A program made the translations under genes and the position numbers. Shown one piece after another: positions 38,536 through 51,012 of a stretch of 64,000 nucleotides of DNA. Position 1 is the stretch's first letter; every line of letters starts with the position of its first letter. Source of the stretch: Octopus vulgaris (taxonomy: Eukaryota); contig OX597829.1 of the NCBI GenBank assembly GCA_951406725.2, positions 40,362,001-40,426,000 of the forward strand. The letters are read 5' to 3'. Below the pieces are notes generated by a model. That model worked only from the letters and a program-made list of their open reading frames with translations. It was not told the DNA's origin and did not search any database.

Positions 38536-38942
38536 GGTGTAGGAGTGGCTGTGTGGTAAGTAGCTTGCTTACCAACCACATGGTTCTGGGTCAGTCCCAT
38601 TGCGTGGCACCTTGGACAAGTGTTTTCTACTATAGCCTCGGGCTGACTAAAGCCTTGTAAGTGGATTTGGTAGACGGAAACTGAAAGAAGCTCATCGTAT
38701 ATATATGTTATATGTATGTGTGTGTATATGTTTGTCAGTCTGCGTATGTCCCCCAACATGGTTTGACAACCGATGCTGGTGTGTTTATGTCCCCGTAACA
38801 TAGCAGTTCGGCAAAAGAGACCGATAGAAATAAGTACTAGGCTTACAAAGAATAAGTCCTGGGGTTGATTTGCTCGACTAAAAAGGCGGTGCTCCAGCAT
38901 GGCCACAGTCAAATGACTGAAACAAGCAAAAGAGTAAAAGAG
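38536..38942 (+). mobile_element. SINE family A, full length
   Basis: Consensus similarity. Confidence 0.9.
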
Positions 38943-39267
38943 AAAGTATATTTGCTTGAAAGCAGCTATTATGATTTGAGCCCTACTAACTAGATTATTA
39001 TTTGTGGTGATGGGGGTTTTGTTTTCAGGGTGGGGGTGGTTATTTTTCTTGTTTTCCTTTCTTTTTCCTTTTTTTTTTTTAAGCATCAGACATATATAAT
39101 TAAGTAAAAATTTTAAAAATGAAAATGAAAAAGAATGACAAATACACACACACACACACACACACATGCTCCCCCCTCCCCCCAAAAGGACCCCCAAGAC
39201 TAAATTATTTATGGGAATCTGGTGGTGTCATATCATTTTTTTGTTACATTATTGGACGGACAACGAG

Positions 39268-39294
39268 GCTGTGTGAGGGAGAAGCACCAGTATG
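39268..39294 (+). CDS. Candidate 27-nt symmetric phase-1 micro-exon (G)CVREKHQY(G)
   Basis: ATG|GTAACT donor; phase 0 closed by TGA; acceptor atypical (ACGAG). Confidence 0.3.
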
Positions 39295-39456
39295 GTAACT
39301 GACTATGTATAATGTTGTGCAGATGGAATTATGGGGAGAGAAGGGAAGAGGAGGATGAGGAATGGCATGGATACACACTCGCACATGCAAACATCCACAG
39401 ACAGACAGACAGACAGATATCAGGTTTAGGATATCTGTCTACTTATTATTATTATT

Positions 39457-39668
39457 ACTCTTTTACTCTTTTACTTGTTTCAGTCATTTGACTGCGGCCA
39501 TGCTGGAGCACCACCTTTAATCGAGCAACTCGACCCCGGGACTTATTCTCTTTGTAAGCCCAGTGCTTATTCTATTGGTCTCTTTTGCTGAACCGCTAAG
39601 TAACGGGGACGTAAACACACCAGCATCGGTTGTCAAGCAATGCTAGGGGGACAAACACACACATACAT

Positions 39669-39717
<49 letters not shown>

Positions 39718-39883
39718 TATGACGGGCTTCTTTCAGTTTCCGTCTACCAAATCCCCTCACAAGGCTTTGGTCGGCCCGAGGCTATATTAGAAGACACTTG
39801 CCCAAGGTGTCACGCAGTGGGACTGAACCCGGAACCATGTGGTTGGTAAACAAACTACTTACCACACAGCCACTCCTGCGCCT
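39457..39883 (-). mobile_element. SINE family A, full length
   Basis: Reverse complement of consensus. Confidence 0.9.
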
Positions 39884-39949
39884 TATTGATTATTATTGAT
39901 TATTATTATTATTATTATTATTATTAGTAATAATAATAATAATAATAAT

Positions 39950-40168
39950 AAGGCAGCGAGCTCGAAGAATTGTTAGCACACTGGACGAAATGCTCGTTGG
40001 TATTTCGCCGCTTCGCTATGTTCTGAGTTCAAATTCCGCCAAGGTCGACTTTGCCTTTCATCCTTTTGGGGCTGATAAAATTAAGTACCAGTGAAACAGT
40101 GGGGTCAACATAATCGACTAGTCCCCTCTCCACAAATTTCAGGCTTTGTGTTTATAGTAGAAAGGATT
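39950..40168 (+). mobile_element. SINE family B variant
   Basis: Family B head and body with a different tail. Confidence 0.8.
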
Positions 40169-40480
40169 GTTGTTATTATTATTATTGTTATGATTATTAT
40201 TATTGTTATTATTATTATTGTTGTTATTATTATTGTTATTATTATTATTATTATTATTAATTATTAATTATTATCATCATCATCATTATTATTATTATAT
40301 AGTGCCAAAGATGGGTTGGGCACTTTTGATTTAGGCCCTACCTACCTTACCTCCTTCCTTCCTTCCTTTTCCTTCCTTCCTATTCATTGTGTACATCTAA
40401 TTCTTGTGTTGCAAAATGTCTACCCACTCACCTTGCACCCCTGGATTTTCCTCCCTTCCTTTCTGTCCGCCAAACCAAAG

Positions 40481-40602
40481 CAACCAGCCGACCAACAGAC
40501 CAGCCAAGCACTTCCCCCCCATCACACTCACACCCCACCACCACTACCACCACCACCACCACCACCACCAAGACCCATCCACCCACCAGCACTGACTGGT
40601 AA
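40481..40602 (+). CDS. Candidate exon with two acceptors: from 40481, Thr-rich (A)TSRPTDQ..TTTT..PTSTDW*; from 40488, a 111-nt Pro-rich symmetric exon ending at 40598
   Basis: Pyrimidine tract; consensus CTG|GTAAGA donor at 40599. Confidence 0.45.
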
Positions 40603-40676
40603 GACTTTTGAATTTCTTACCTTCTTTCTTTTCCTTTTTCATTTATTTTTTTTTTGGCGATTTTTGTTTAAGTCAG

Positions 40677-40720
<44 letters not shown>

Positions 40721-41302
40721 TCTATCTGTCTGTTCATGTATCTGTTTATCTCTCTTTCTTACTCTTATACCTTAGCACTTATTTCCTTCTCTCTCTCTGT
40801 CTATCTATCTATCTATCAATCACACCATAGTACTTTCTTCCTCCTCTCTATACTCTTCCCCTCCCTCTCTCTTTTCTCTTCCCCTCTCTCTCCACTCTTC
40901 TCTCCCTCTCTCTACTTGTCTCTTCCTCTCTCTTTACTCTTCTATCCCTCTCTCTATTCGTCTCTACTCTTCTTTCTAACTCTCTCTCTCTCTACTCTTC
41001 TCTCCCTACTCTTCTCTCCCTACTCTTCTCTCTAACTCTCTCTCTACTCTTCTCTCCTTTTCTCTCTACTCGTCTCTCCTATCTAAACCTGTCTTGCTTC
41101 TCTCTTCTCTCCCCTCTCTCTCCCCTTCCCTCTCCTCTCTCTACTCCCCCACTTCTCTCTGAATACTTATTAATTCAATTGGCTATTTCATTTGTTGTTG
41201 TTGTTGTTGTTGTTTTGTCTTTTGAGCTTCTGTACTTGTTGATAGCACAGGCTTCCTTTTTATTTTATTTTTAAAATTTTTTTTTGGTTCTCTGTCCCTC
41301 AG

Positions 41303-41369
41303 TCTGCCTGCACCGCCATCACCATCACCGCCACCCTGTACCACCCACTGGAAACCTCCTAGATTAATG
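41303..41369 (+). CDS. Candidate exon (phase 1 VCLHRHHHHRHPVPPTGNLLD*; phase 2 LPAPPSPSPPPCTTHWKPPRLM)
   Basis: Strong acceptor TTTGGTTCTCTGTCCCTCAG; GC-rich body; possible ATG|GTACAT donor. Confidence 0.4.
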
Positions 41370-41671
41370 GTACATGTGTTTAAATCTTCCTTGGTGTGTT
41401 CTGGTGTAGAAGTAATTACAACTTGTGTATGCACTACCCCATACACACCCACCCACTCTCACACACACACACACACACCACACACACATGCACGCACACA
41501 AACACATAGACCTCCACTAACAACCAACACCGCCACCACTGTTGCCGCTGCCGCCGCCATTCTCTACTCCTCCCCACTGTAATTATAGTTCTGTACCATC
41601 ATCCTAAAGTTTCTTGTATCACACACACATACACACGTATATGCACACACTCACAAACATACATGTAATGT

Positions 41672-41703
<32 letters not shown>

Positions 41704-41844
41704 TATATACACACACACACAGAAATGTTATTGGTGTGTATATGTATGTTGCTTTGTTATTTCTTTTGGCAAGTTCTCCTACATTGTTTTTGCATCACTT
41801 TGGTTTGTTTTAGGAATTATTATATTTCCATACTCATATGTATG

Positions 41845-41902
<58 letters not shown>

Positions 41903-42312
41903 ATACACACACACACACATTTATACACACTTTAATAAATTGCCTCTGCCTATATAAGTTTAGGAGTGTTTTATAAACAGTTGAAAGAAAGTGTGTATGT
42001 ACGCTTGTATGTATTTGAAGGGGTTTTTTTCTCTTTGGTTTTCATATAAAATAATATTTTGTACAGATTTGTCTGTTAATTCAAAATCTTTCTGCAGCAT
42101 TCTTTCTCATTGGACAGTTTTATTTTATCCCTGTCTTGTTTCTTTATTTCACTTGTTTCTGTTTTACATTTTTTTTTCTTTTATTCTTTTGTTTTGTTTT
42201 GTTTTGTTTTGTATTGTTTTTGTATTGTTTGTTTGTTTCCTGAAATGTTTTGTGTTCTTGCCAATTCCATATTTTTTGCTGTGTCATCATCAACCGCAAA
42301 ACTTTGCGGAAG

Positions 42313-42347
42313 AGCTACGAAAGAATGAGTCTCTTTCGACAAACTAG
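42313..42347 (+). CDS. Candidate exon (phase 1 ELRKNESLSTN*; phase 0 SYERMSLFRQT)
   Basis: TTTTTTGCTG..TTTGCGGAAG acceptor; TAG|GTCTGT donor; CpG-containing island. Confidence 0.3.
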
Positions 42348-42834
42348 GTCTGTGCCATTTATTTTAGCCCATCTTTTGGCTTGCATACAAACCAAAGGGA
42401 AGGAAAATGGAATCACATCTGCAGCACATTATTAACTTGTTGCTTCCTAAATTGTTGCTAATGTTGTTGTTGTTGTTGTTGTTGTTGTTGCTGCTGCTGG
42501 GGTTTTTTCCAGCATGAAAGGATAATGTGTTATTGGGAATGATAGCATAATTAATACTTTCATTTAGATACGTTTAGCTTTTTCTTAAAAAACCTTCTGT
42601 TCAAGTACGATTCGTAAAATCACTACCTTTCGTTCTGTTCTTCTCTGGCGTAGGAGGAGCTCTTTGAGCAAGTTATAAGGTGACCTTACCAGTGCTAGTG
42701 CTCTGGCAAAAAAGCACCCAGTACACTCTGTAAAGTGATCGGCGTCGGGAAGAGCATCCAGCCGTAGAAACCAAGCCAAAACTGAGACAGTAGAGACAAA
42801 CAAATGCCACCAGCCGTTGGATCCTGTTGAACTG

Positions 42835-42869
<35 letters not shown>

Positions 42870-42919
42870 TCAACATTTGCTTTCTATGCTGGCATGGGTT
42901 GGATGGCTTGATAAGATCT

Positions 42920-43157
42920 AAGGCGGCGAGCTGGCAGAGTCGTTAGCACGCCGGGCGAAATGCTTACCGGTATTTCGTCTGCTGTTACGTTGTGAGTTCA
43001 AATTCTGCCGAGGTCAACTTTGCCTTTCATCCTTTCGGGGTCGATTAAATAAGTACCAGTTACGCACTGGGGTCGATATAATCGACTTAATCCGTTTGTC
43101 TGTCCATGTTTGTCCCCCTCTGTGTTTAGCCCCTTGTGGGTAGTAAAGAAATAGGTT
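42920..43157 (+). mobile_element. SINE family B, full length
   Basis: Near-consensus copy. Confidence 0.9.
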
Positions 43158-43533
43158 TGATGGGATCTAGTAAACCACAGAGCTGCTCTAAGTTCTATTT
43201 GTCAACTTTGGCATGGTTTCTAGAGCTGGATGCCATTCCTAGTACCAACCATTTTGCAGTGAGTACTGAGTGCTTTATTTTTTTTTCATGCATGCCACCA
43301 GCACTATTGTGTTTATCAAGTTACTTGCCATGCAGCAAGAGAATGAGATAAGAAACAAGCTCTCACTTCTAAGTGACTGATTAATAATTCTAAGTGACTG
43401 GTTAATAATTCTAACTGACTGGTTAATAATTCAGGGTGGGTGGGTTTATGCCATATGTGTGTGTGTATATACATCACCAATGTATCATATATCCAAGAGG
43501 GGAGCATACTCTAAAGCATGGAGCAGTAATGTA

Positions 43534-44105
43534 CACAGACATGCAGGAAGTAAATAGACACCTTTACTTTTCTAAATCTTTTATGTGATATTAATTGGTT
43601 GAAGGAGAGGTTTTCTTCTAGCTGCTCATCCATAGCACCCAAGCTTATGCAGATATGTAACACACATTCTTGGACTAACTTTTGCTGTTTTGCAATGTAG
43701 GAAGCCTTTGAATGGGGTTCATTTTCTACAATTCTCTTCAAGCAGTGAAGGTTTCTTTCCGAGGGCCCAGGTCGGCCGGGATGAGAATCTCATGATTCTT
43801 TACCTTGGCTTTTGAATTGCACTATAATTCTATTAACAGTAGCAAGCGGAATTTGAAGATTTTTGGCAATTTTTCATTTGCACCGGCCTCAGATTGCCCA
43901 ACAATATGACCTCTTTGAAAAATCTGACAGTTCTGCTGAATTTTTTGAGTGTGGCATGGTTACTCTTCACAAATGTATAATATAATGGCACCTGGAATAA
44001 AAAAGAATAATTACCTTGTAAATTCTACACTGCTGAAAACATTAAAATGGTTAGATCAGAAATTTTGAAAACTAAAGGTGTCTGTATACTTCCTGCATGT
44101 CTGTG
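43534..44105 (-). mobile_element. Internally deleted Tc1-like transposon
   Basis: About 44-bp TIRs CACAGACATGCAGGAAGTA.A.AGACACCTTTA; TA on both sides; minus strand encodes frameshifted MPHSKNSAELSDF/QRGHIVG..KIAKNLQIPLATVNRII..GRP (paired-like HTH). Confidence 0.85.
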
Positions 44106-44112
44106 TATATAT

Positions 44113-44363
44113 ATGTAGTTAAGTCTATGTCCGGTCATAGAGTGACCATTGGTTTCACATCCATAAGGCGCTTAGCTTTATAGACAACTCATTAGACTCT
44201 AATGGTAATGAAGCTTTACAAACCATAACAGAATTCTACCTCCACAGTTTGAAGAGCTATATGACCTTTGCCACTACAGTCTGACGTGTTGTCCATAGAG
44301 CTAAGCGCTTTATGGATGCAAAACCAATGGTCACTCTATGACTGGACATATCCTTAACTGCAT
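44113..44363. mobile_element. MITE with about 75-bp TIRs
   Basis: GTAGTTAAG..GAGTGACCATTGGTTT inverted at the right end; lone arm at about 53967-54052. Confidence 0.8.
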
Positions 44364-45436
44364 GTAAAAATTATATATATACATATATATGTATATAGAT
44401 AGATAGATAGACAGACCTATATGGTTCTGTAGTGTGATGGAGGAAAGGGACAACAGAAAAAGAAGCAAACGGAAGAAAGAAATACAAAAGGCCTTACATG
44501 TTGACCTAGGCGGAATCAGTGGTCACTCTCACGAATTAAATACGTCTTGTCTCACTGCCGTCTCTGCTCGAACTGCCCACGCATGCCCCTGTGACTCTTC
44601 TGCCGGCCCCTGCAGTCTCCACCTCCCTTTTACCTCATCTACCATCCTCTCCACCAACACCACATAGCTCATCACAGCCCATAACACCGCTAACACCACA
44701 GGTTCAAAATTGTACAAAAAACAAAAAACAGAGACAAAAAAGTAAGAGAACAACAAGGTGTATGTTTGACGCTCAGGAAAAATAGAAGTCTCTGATGTTT
44801 CAAACCTATGCTTATTATCTACAAGAAAGGAATGAAGAGTAAAGAAAAAAACAAATGGAGAGAGAGAGGGGCAAAAAGTGTAGAGAAAAAAAAGCATGTC
44901 TAGATTAATGGTTGCTTATGTTGAATTGGCATATCTGTACCATGTGTGTGTGTGTGTGTGTGTGTGTCACAGATATGCCAACATAAAAATAGATGTAAAA
45001 TAATGATGGTGATGATGCTCATGTTGATAAATGACGATGGTGACAGATAGTGAGGTATGAATTTGGTGTTTTGGGGTACTGTCTCATCCTTTTTTTTTTT
45101 TTTTTTTACTTAACAAAAATTAGTTATTTAGACAAACATTGGGTTTTTTTTCTTTTCTTTTTTAAGTATATGCTTCTTCTGCTCACCACTCTTGCTATGA
45201 AGTTTTTTTTTCTGACAGGTGTCCCTGCATAGTTTTTCTCTGGTCATTAGTTCAACTCATGGCACTACAGTGTTTATTTACAAGAACATGTATTTCTTTA
45301 GTTCATTCTGCAATCTTACAATCACAGTTTTGACTGCTTTGATGAGGAGACCTAATAAACTCAGTGACATTTTTCCAGACTTGTCACAGTGCTGCTTACA
45401 CATCAGGCTCATTGCACAACTGCATTTCTACATATA

Positions 45437-45947
45437 TCTATATATATAAAACTGTAGTTGTGTGAGTACCTGTCCCCTTCGATTTAGATTCCTAACTACT
45501 CGCACATTTTGCGGTGCAGTTTAACCAAATTCGGGTATCTTATAGTCGTGATTCATATCGAGCCCGTCTGAGTATTAGCGCGTCTACGATGAGTCTACGA
45601 TTTAAAAAATAATTTAACATCATTTTTTATTCCATTTTAATGCATAATTTTTCGTGTGTCGATGGCGGCGGAGTTGGCGTCCATGGTCACACCTGCACCT
45701 GTTTGCTTCTCCCCCTTCTTCCCTCCCTCGTGAAGCTGTGGGGAAGGGAGTGTAAGGAAATCAACGTCGTAAAGCGTTGTCAAGGAGACCAGCGTTCTTT
45801 TAGAACAACGACTTCATGGCTTGAAGACACCAAAACAGAAATGGCTAAGAAAGCCCGAATTGGCATCTATAAGGGAAGTAACTCTCTAAAAATGCTTATA
45901 TAGTTATTTCCCTTACAAACCCGAGCAACGCCGGGTGATACTGCTAG
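45437..45947 (+). mobile_element. Non-autonomous Helitron
   Basis: A|TCTATATATATAAAA ... hairpin CCCGAGCAACGCCGGG ... CTAG|T; no TSD. Confidence 0.85.
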
Positions 45948-46292
45948 TATTTCTATATATTTCTACATATATTTCTATATACTCAATTAATTTTAAGTTC
46001 TCAGTTGTCTCCCTTAAATTCTTTTTCGGGTTTTTTTTTTTTTTGTGCTTTTTATTTTTAAATCAAATTCTCCTGTCTGTGTCTCACTTCTTCTGACACG
46101 TAGTTCATATATAAGCTGTGCTCTTATTATGCATGCATGTGTGTGTGTGTGTGTGGGGGGGTAAGTGGTTTGCTTCCTAGCTACATGGTTTCACGTTCCG
46201 TCCTACTGTGTAGCATCATGGACAAGTGCCTTCTAGAACTCTGGGGTAACCAAAACCTTGTGAGTGGATTTGGTAGGCTAAACTGAGAGAAG

Positions 46293-46527
46293 CCTATTTC
46301 TTTACAACCCACAAGGGGCTAAACACAGAGGGGACAAACAAGGACAGACAAACGGATTAAGTCGATTACATCAACCCCAGTGCGTAAATGGTACTTATTT
46401 AATCGACCCTGAAAGGATGAAAGGCAAAGTCGACCTCGGTGGAATTTGAAATCAGAACGTAGCAGCAGACGAAATACCGCTAAGCATTTCGCCCGGCTTG
46501 CTAACAATTCTGCCAGCTACCCACCGA
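46293..46527 (-). mobile_element. SINE B inserted in a diverged SINE A
   Basis: GAGAAGCCTATTT repeated on both sides (TSD-like). Confidence 0.85.
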
Positions 46528-46538
46528 AGAGAAGCCTA

Positions 46539-46575
<37 letters not shown>

Positions 46576-46936
46576 CTCTCCTTGTCTTGGCGTTAAACAA
46601 TAGCTGTAAATAAGTGCCACTTTCAGGCAAGTGGTGTCCTCCATTTCCAGTTTTCTGAGAAAACATGTCTGGTCATGGGAGAATGTTACTTTGTTGGGAA
46701 GCAAGTATGGGTGGACGACAGACAGGAAGAGCATCTGGTTACAGAAAATCCACCTCACCAAATTCCATCCAGTCCATGCAAGCATGGAAAAATGGACATT
46801 AAAACAATAATGACAATTATATATGTGTGTGTACGTTCTCCATTCCATGTAGATTAAGATAAAATACTAGATATCATATTTCATTTTTGGATTTGGTGTG
46901 CAAGATTCTTTATATGAGTTCGTGTGTTGAAGCATA

Positions 46937-47180
46937 TTCTGTTGTGTCTGGGGAGAGACATTTTCTTTTTGTGCCTTATAACTTAACACACTCACCGGTA
47001 AAATTTCCACTTCTTTTCTTATTTTTATTTTCCTAAAATTTTCGTTGCGTCTTGCAACTCTTTCAAAACGCAATGAAAATTTTAGGAAAATAAAAATAAG
47101 AAATAAGTGGATATTTTACTGGTGAGTGTGTTAAATTATAAGGCACAAAAAGAAAATTACTCTTCCCACACACAACAGAA
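46937..47180. repeat. Foldback/palindromic element (arms about 115 bp)
   Basis: TTCTGTTGTG..AAAATTTTCGTTGCGT / ACGCAATGAAAATTTT..CACAACAGAA; single arm at about 36163-36279. Confidence 0.85.
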
Positions 47181-47289
47181 CTAGATATTATGCTTCTTCT
47201 CAATTCTTCCCATCTTCCACAGATTTTCCAAAATTTAGTGCCACATTACCACAAGAAGCATCACATTATTTATTTATCTGTTTATCTTT

Positions 47290-47474
47290 TATCTTTTACT
47301 TGTTCCAGTCATTAGACTGCAGCCATGCTGGGACACTGCTTCGAAGGGTTTTAGTACCTTGTTTTCTTGAAGGCTTGGTACTTATTCTATCAGACTCTTT
47401 CACTAAACCACTAAGTCACAGGGACATAAATACACCAACACCTGTTGGTGTCTTTCACACAGACACCACACACA

Positions 47475-47536
<62 letters not shown>

Positions 47537-48040
47537 CATGCTGGGCTTCTATCAATTTCCATCTACCAAATCCACTCACAAGGCTTTGGTCACCCTGTGG
47601 CTATAGTAGAAGACACTTACTTGCCCAAGGTGTCATGCAATGGGGCTGAACCCAGAATCATATGGTCAGGAAGCAAACTTGTTACCACACAGCCACACTT
47701 GCATCTATTTACTCTTTTTACTTGTTTCAGTCATTTGACTGCGGCCATGCTGGAGCACTGCCTTTAGTCGAGCAAATCGACCCCGGGACTTATTCTTTGT
47801 AAGCCCAGTACTTATTCTATCGGTCTCTTTTGCCGAACCGCTAAGTTACGGGGACGTAAACACACCAGCATCGGTTGTCAAGCAATGCTAGGGGAACAAA
47901 CACAGACACACAAACATATTCACACACACTTATATATATATGCATATATACGACAGGCTTCTTTCAGTTTCCGTCTACCAAATCCACTCACAAGGCATTG
48001 GTCGGCCTGGGGCTATAGCAGAAGACACTTGCCCAAGATG
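47290..48040 (-). mobile_element. Two tandem SINE A copies
   Basis: Consensus similarity. Confidence 0.85.
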
Positions 48041-48300
48041 CTTTTCATGCGTATTTCTACCGAATCAGCATTCCACAGTCAAAATAAAACTGCAGATTAG
48101 TTACTACATTTTTTTCTTCGTACATAGAAATGGTGTGATATATTTTGGATTAAGACTTAATTTGCATTATCAAAAATAAAGAGCCTAAAAAAACAAAATA
48201 ATAATAATAATAATTAAGTCAAATGGGGCCCCAATAGAATTCATTTGTACGACTAGATTAACTGGTGGTGTACTAATAACTGTATTGTGTTGACATGGAT

Positions 48301-48723
48301 AAGGCAGCGAGCTGGCAGAAACATTAGCACACCAGGGGAAATGCGTAACCATATTTCGTCTGCCGTTACGTTCTGAGTTCAAATTCTGCCGAGGTCGACT
48401 TTGCCTTTCATCCTTTCGGGGTCGATAAATTAAGTACCAGTTACGCACTGGGGTCAATATAATCGACTTAATCCATTTGTCTGTCCTTGTTTGTCCTCTC
48501 TGTGTTTAGCCCCCTGTGGGTAGTAAAGAAATAGGTATTTCGTCTGTCGTTACGTTCTGAGTTCAAATTCCGCCGAGGTCGACTTTGCCTTTCATCCTTT
48601 TGGGGCCAATTAAATAAGTACCAGTTACGCACTGGGGTCGATGTAATCGACTTAATCCATTTGTCTGTCCTTGTTTGTCCTCTCTGTGTTTAGCCCCCTG
48701 TGGGTAGTAAAGAAATGGGTATT
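48301..48723 (+). mobile_element. SINE family B dimer
   Basis: Second unit starts at GGTATTTCGTC directly after the tail of the first. Confidence 0.9.
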
Positions 48724-49071
48724 ATGTTGACATGGTCGAGTCAAGAGCAAGATATATGTCCATAGTTTTCCTAATTGTTTATCAAAGAGAATTCTGTTCT
48801 TTTTTCCTTAAATATGTTAAATATGTAAATTAATTTAATTAACTTGTATTATTTTCCCCGTTTCCTTGACACTCATCAACAATTGTTTCTAGGTCCTTTT
48901 TTTTATCAGCCTCTTGCATACAGGGAGGTTTCAATGAATAAAGAAGTATTACATATGACTTTCAAAAGGGCATTATGCTTTAACTTATATACACATATCA
49001 TCATCTTCATTATTATTTTTATGTTTATTGTTTTATTTATAAATACAGAAAGAATAAGGTAGATAAACACA

Positions 49072-49468
49072 TTAACCCTTTCATTGGCATTAGGAAGGGC
49101 ATCCAGCTGTAGAAACAGCTGGCGTTAGGGCATCCAGCTGTAGAAACACTGCCAGATCTGACTGGCCTGGTGCAGCCTTCGGGCTTGCCAGACCCCAGTT
49201 GAACCGTCCAACCCATGCTAGCATGGAAAGCGGACGTTAAACGATGATGATGATTACCAACCCAGCTGAAACCGGCTCTGGCTCTGAGTACAAATGTCTT
49301 GTTTTCATAAGTTCTGAATTAAAATCTTCCACCAAACTTTAGTAACAATTTATGTTCCTAACACTAGCTGAAAGATAACCAAGTTATTTTACTAAATTCT
49401 TTGTTATATTTAAAGTAACTGAAAGAGGCACAGAGCATCTCAAAATATATACAGTATTGAAAGGGTTA
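49072..49468. mobile_element. piggyBac-type MITE with a family C 3' fragment inserted (49085-49255)
   Basis: TTAACCCTTTC...GAAAGGGTTAA. Confidence 0.8.
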
Positions 49469-49726
49469 AGGCTCGATACCATATATTTACATGGAGTACA
49501 AAATACAGATTATATAACAAAAAATTATATAATGCAATGCCTTATGTTGACAGCTGTTCCAAGAGGCAAAGACCTACATAATAACCATAACTCACAGGTG
49601 ACACATGTATCATTTTATAGGTTTGTGACAAGTCCAGATGAAGTTATTACAGTAACATAAGAAGGTTGACAAATGCATACACACACACACATACACACAT
49701 GCTCACATCCACACGATAGGCATTTC

Positions 49727-50143
49727 TTATTTCTTTATTGCCCACAAGGGGCTAAACATAGAGGGGACACACAAGGACAGGGAAAGGGGTTAAGTCGATT
49801 ACATCAGCTCCAGTGCGTAACTGGTACTTAATTTATTGACCTCGAAAGGATGAAAGGCAAAGTCGACCTCGGTGGAATTTAAATTCAGAACATAAAGACA
49901 GATGAAATACTTATTTCTTTACTACCCAGAAGGGGCTAAACATCGAGGAGACAAACAAGGATAGACAAACAGATTAAGTCGATTACATCAACCCCAGTGC
50001 GTAACTGGTACTTAATTTATCAACCCTGAAAGGACAAAAGGCAAAGTCGATCTCGGCAGAATTTGAACTCAGAACGTAACAGCAGACGAAATACCGCTAT
50101 GCTTTTCACCCAACGTGCTAACGTTTCTGCCAGCTTGCCACCA
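49727..50143 (-). mobile_element. SINE family B dimer
   Basis: Two bodies with the same junction type; ATCCACACGATAGGC duplicated on both flanks. Confidence 0.85.
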
Positions 50144-50556
50144 TAATCCACACGATAGGCGTTTCTGTCTGCTCAACTTCCTTGTACAGTTGAAGATACT
50201 TGCCCAAGGTGCTATGCAGTGTGACTGAATGCAAAACTGCATTCCATCTACTCAATTTCACCTAAACCGATGCATTGATCTCAGGCTATAGAAAGCGTCA
50301 CTTGGTTGAGGTGCCGTGCAAAAGGAGCAAACTTGAGATTGTGAAACAAACATCTGAGCCATTCTGTTATACTGCACTTGTGTGCTGCCATCTGTTGGTG
50401 CACTACAGAACTTGCCTGGGAACTTTTTAATACCGCCTCATATAAGAAGGAATGGGCATAACCAGAATGCTTTTGCTCATAAGATTGCTTCTTCAGAGCA
50501 ACAAGAAGTTGAACATAAAAATTTACATGTGCATGGCTACTCATATATATGTATAT

Positions 50557-50779
50557 CTTTTATTTGTTTCAGTCATTTGACTGCGGCCATGCTAGGGCAC
50601 ACCTTGAAGGGTTTTAGTCGAACAAATTGACCCCAGAGCCTATTTTTTAAATTTAAGCCTGATACTTATTCTCTCGGTCTCTCTTTGCTGAACCACTAAG
50701 TTTTGGGGACATAAACACACCAACACTGTTTGTCAAGCGGCGGTGGGGCAGAAACAAAGACATAATGGCACAAATACAC

Positions 50780-50852
<73 letters not shown>

Positions 50853-51012
50853 ATGGGCTTCTTTCAGTTTCCGTCTATCAAATCCTCACACAAGGCTTTG
50901 GTCAGCCCAAAGCTATAGTAGAAGACACTTGCCCAAGGTGCCATGTAGTAGGTCAGAACCCAGGACCATGTGGTTGGGAAGCAAGCTTATTGTCACACAG
51001 CCATACCTACAC
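50557..51012 (-). mobile_element. SINE family A
   Basis: Consensus similarity. Confidence 0.85.

Noticed and set aside
43365-43432. 21-bp unit repeated three times
   Set aside because: Ordinary short tandem duplication
44770-44835. Possible minus-strand hammerhead relic
   Set aside because: GAAAC..TC is present but the CUGANGA core and stem II are not intact
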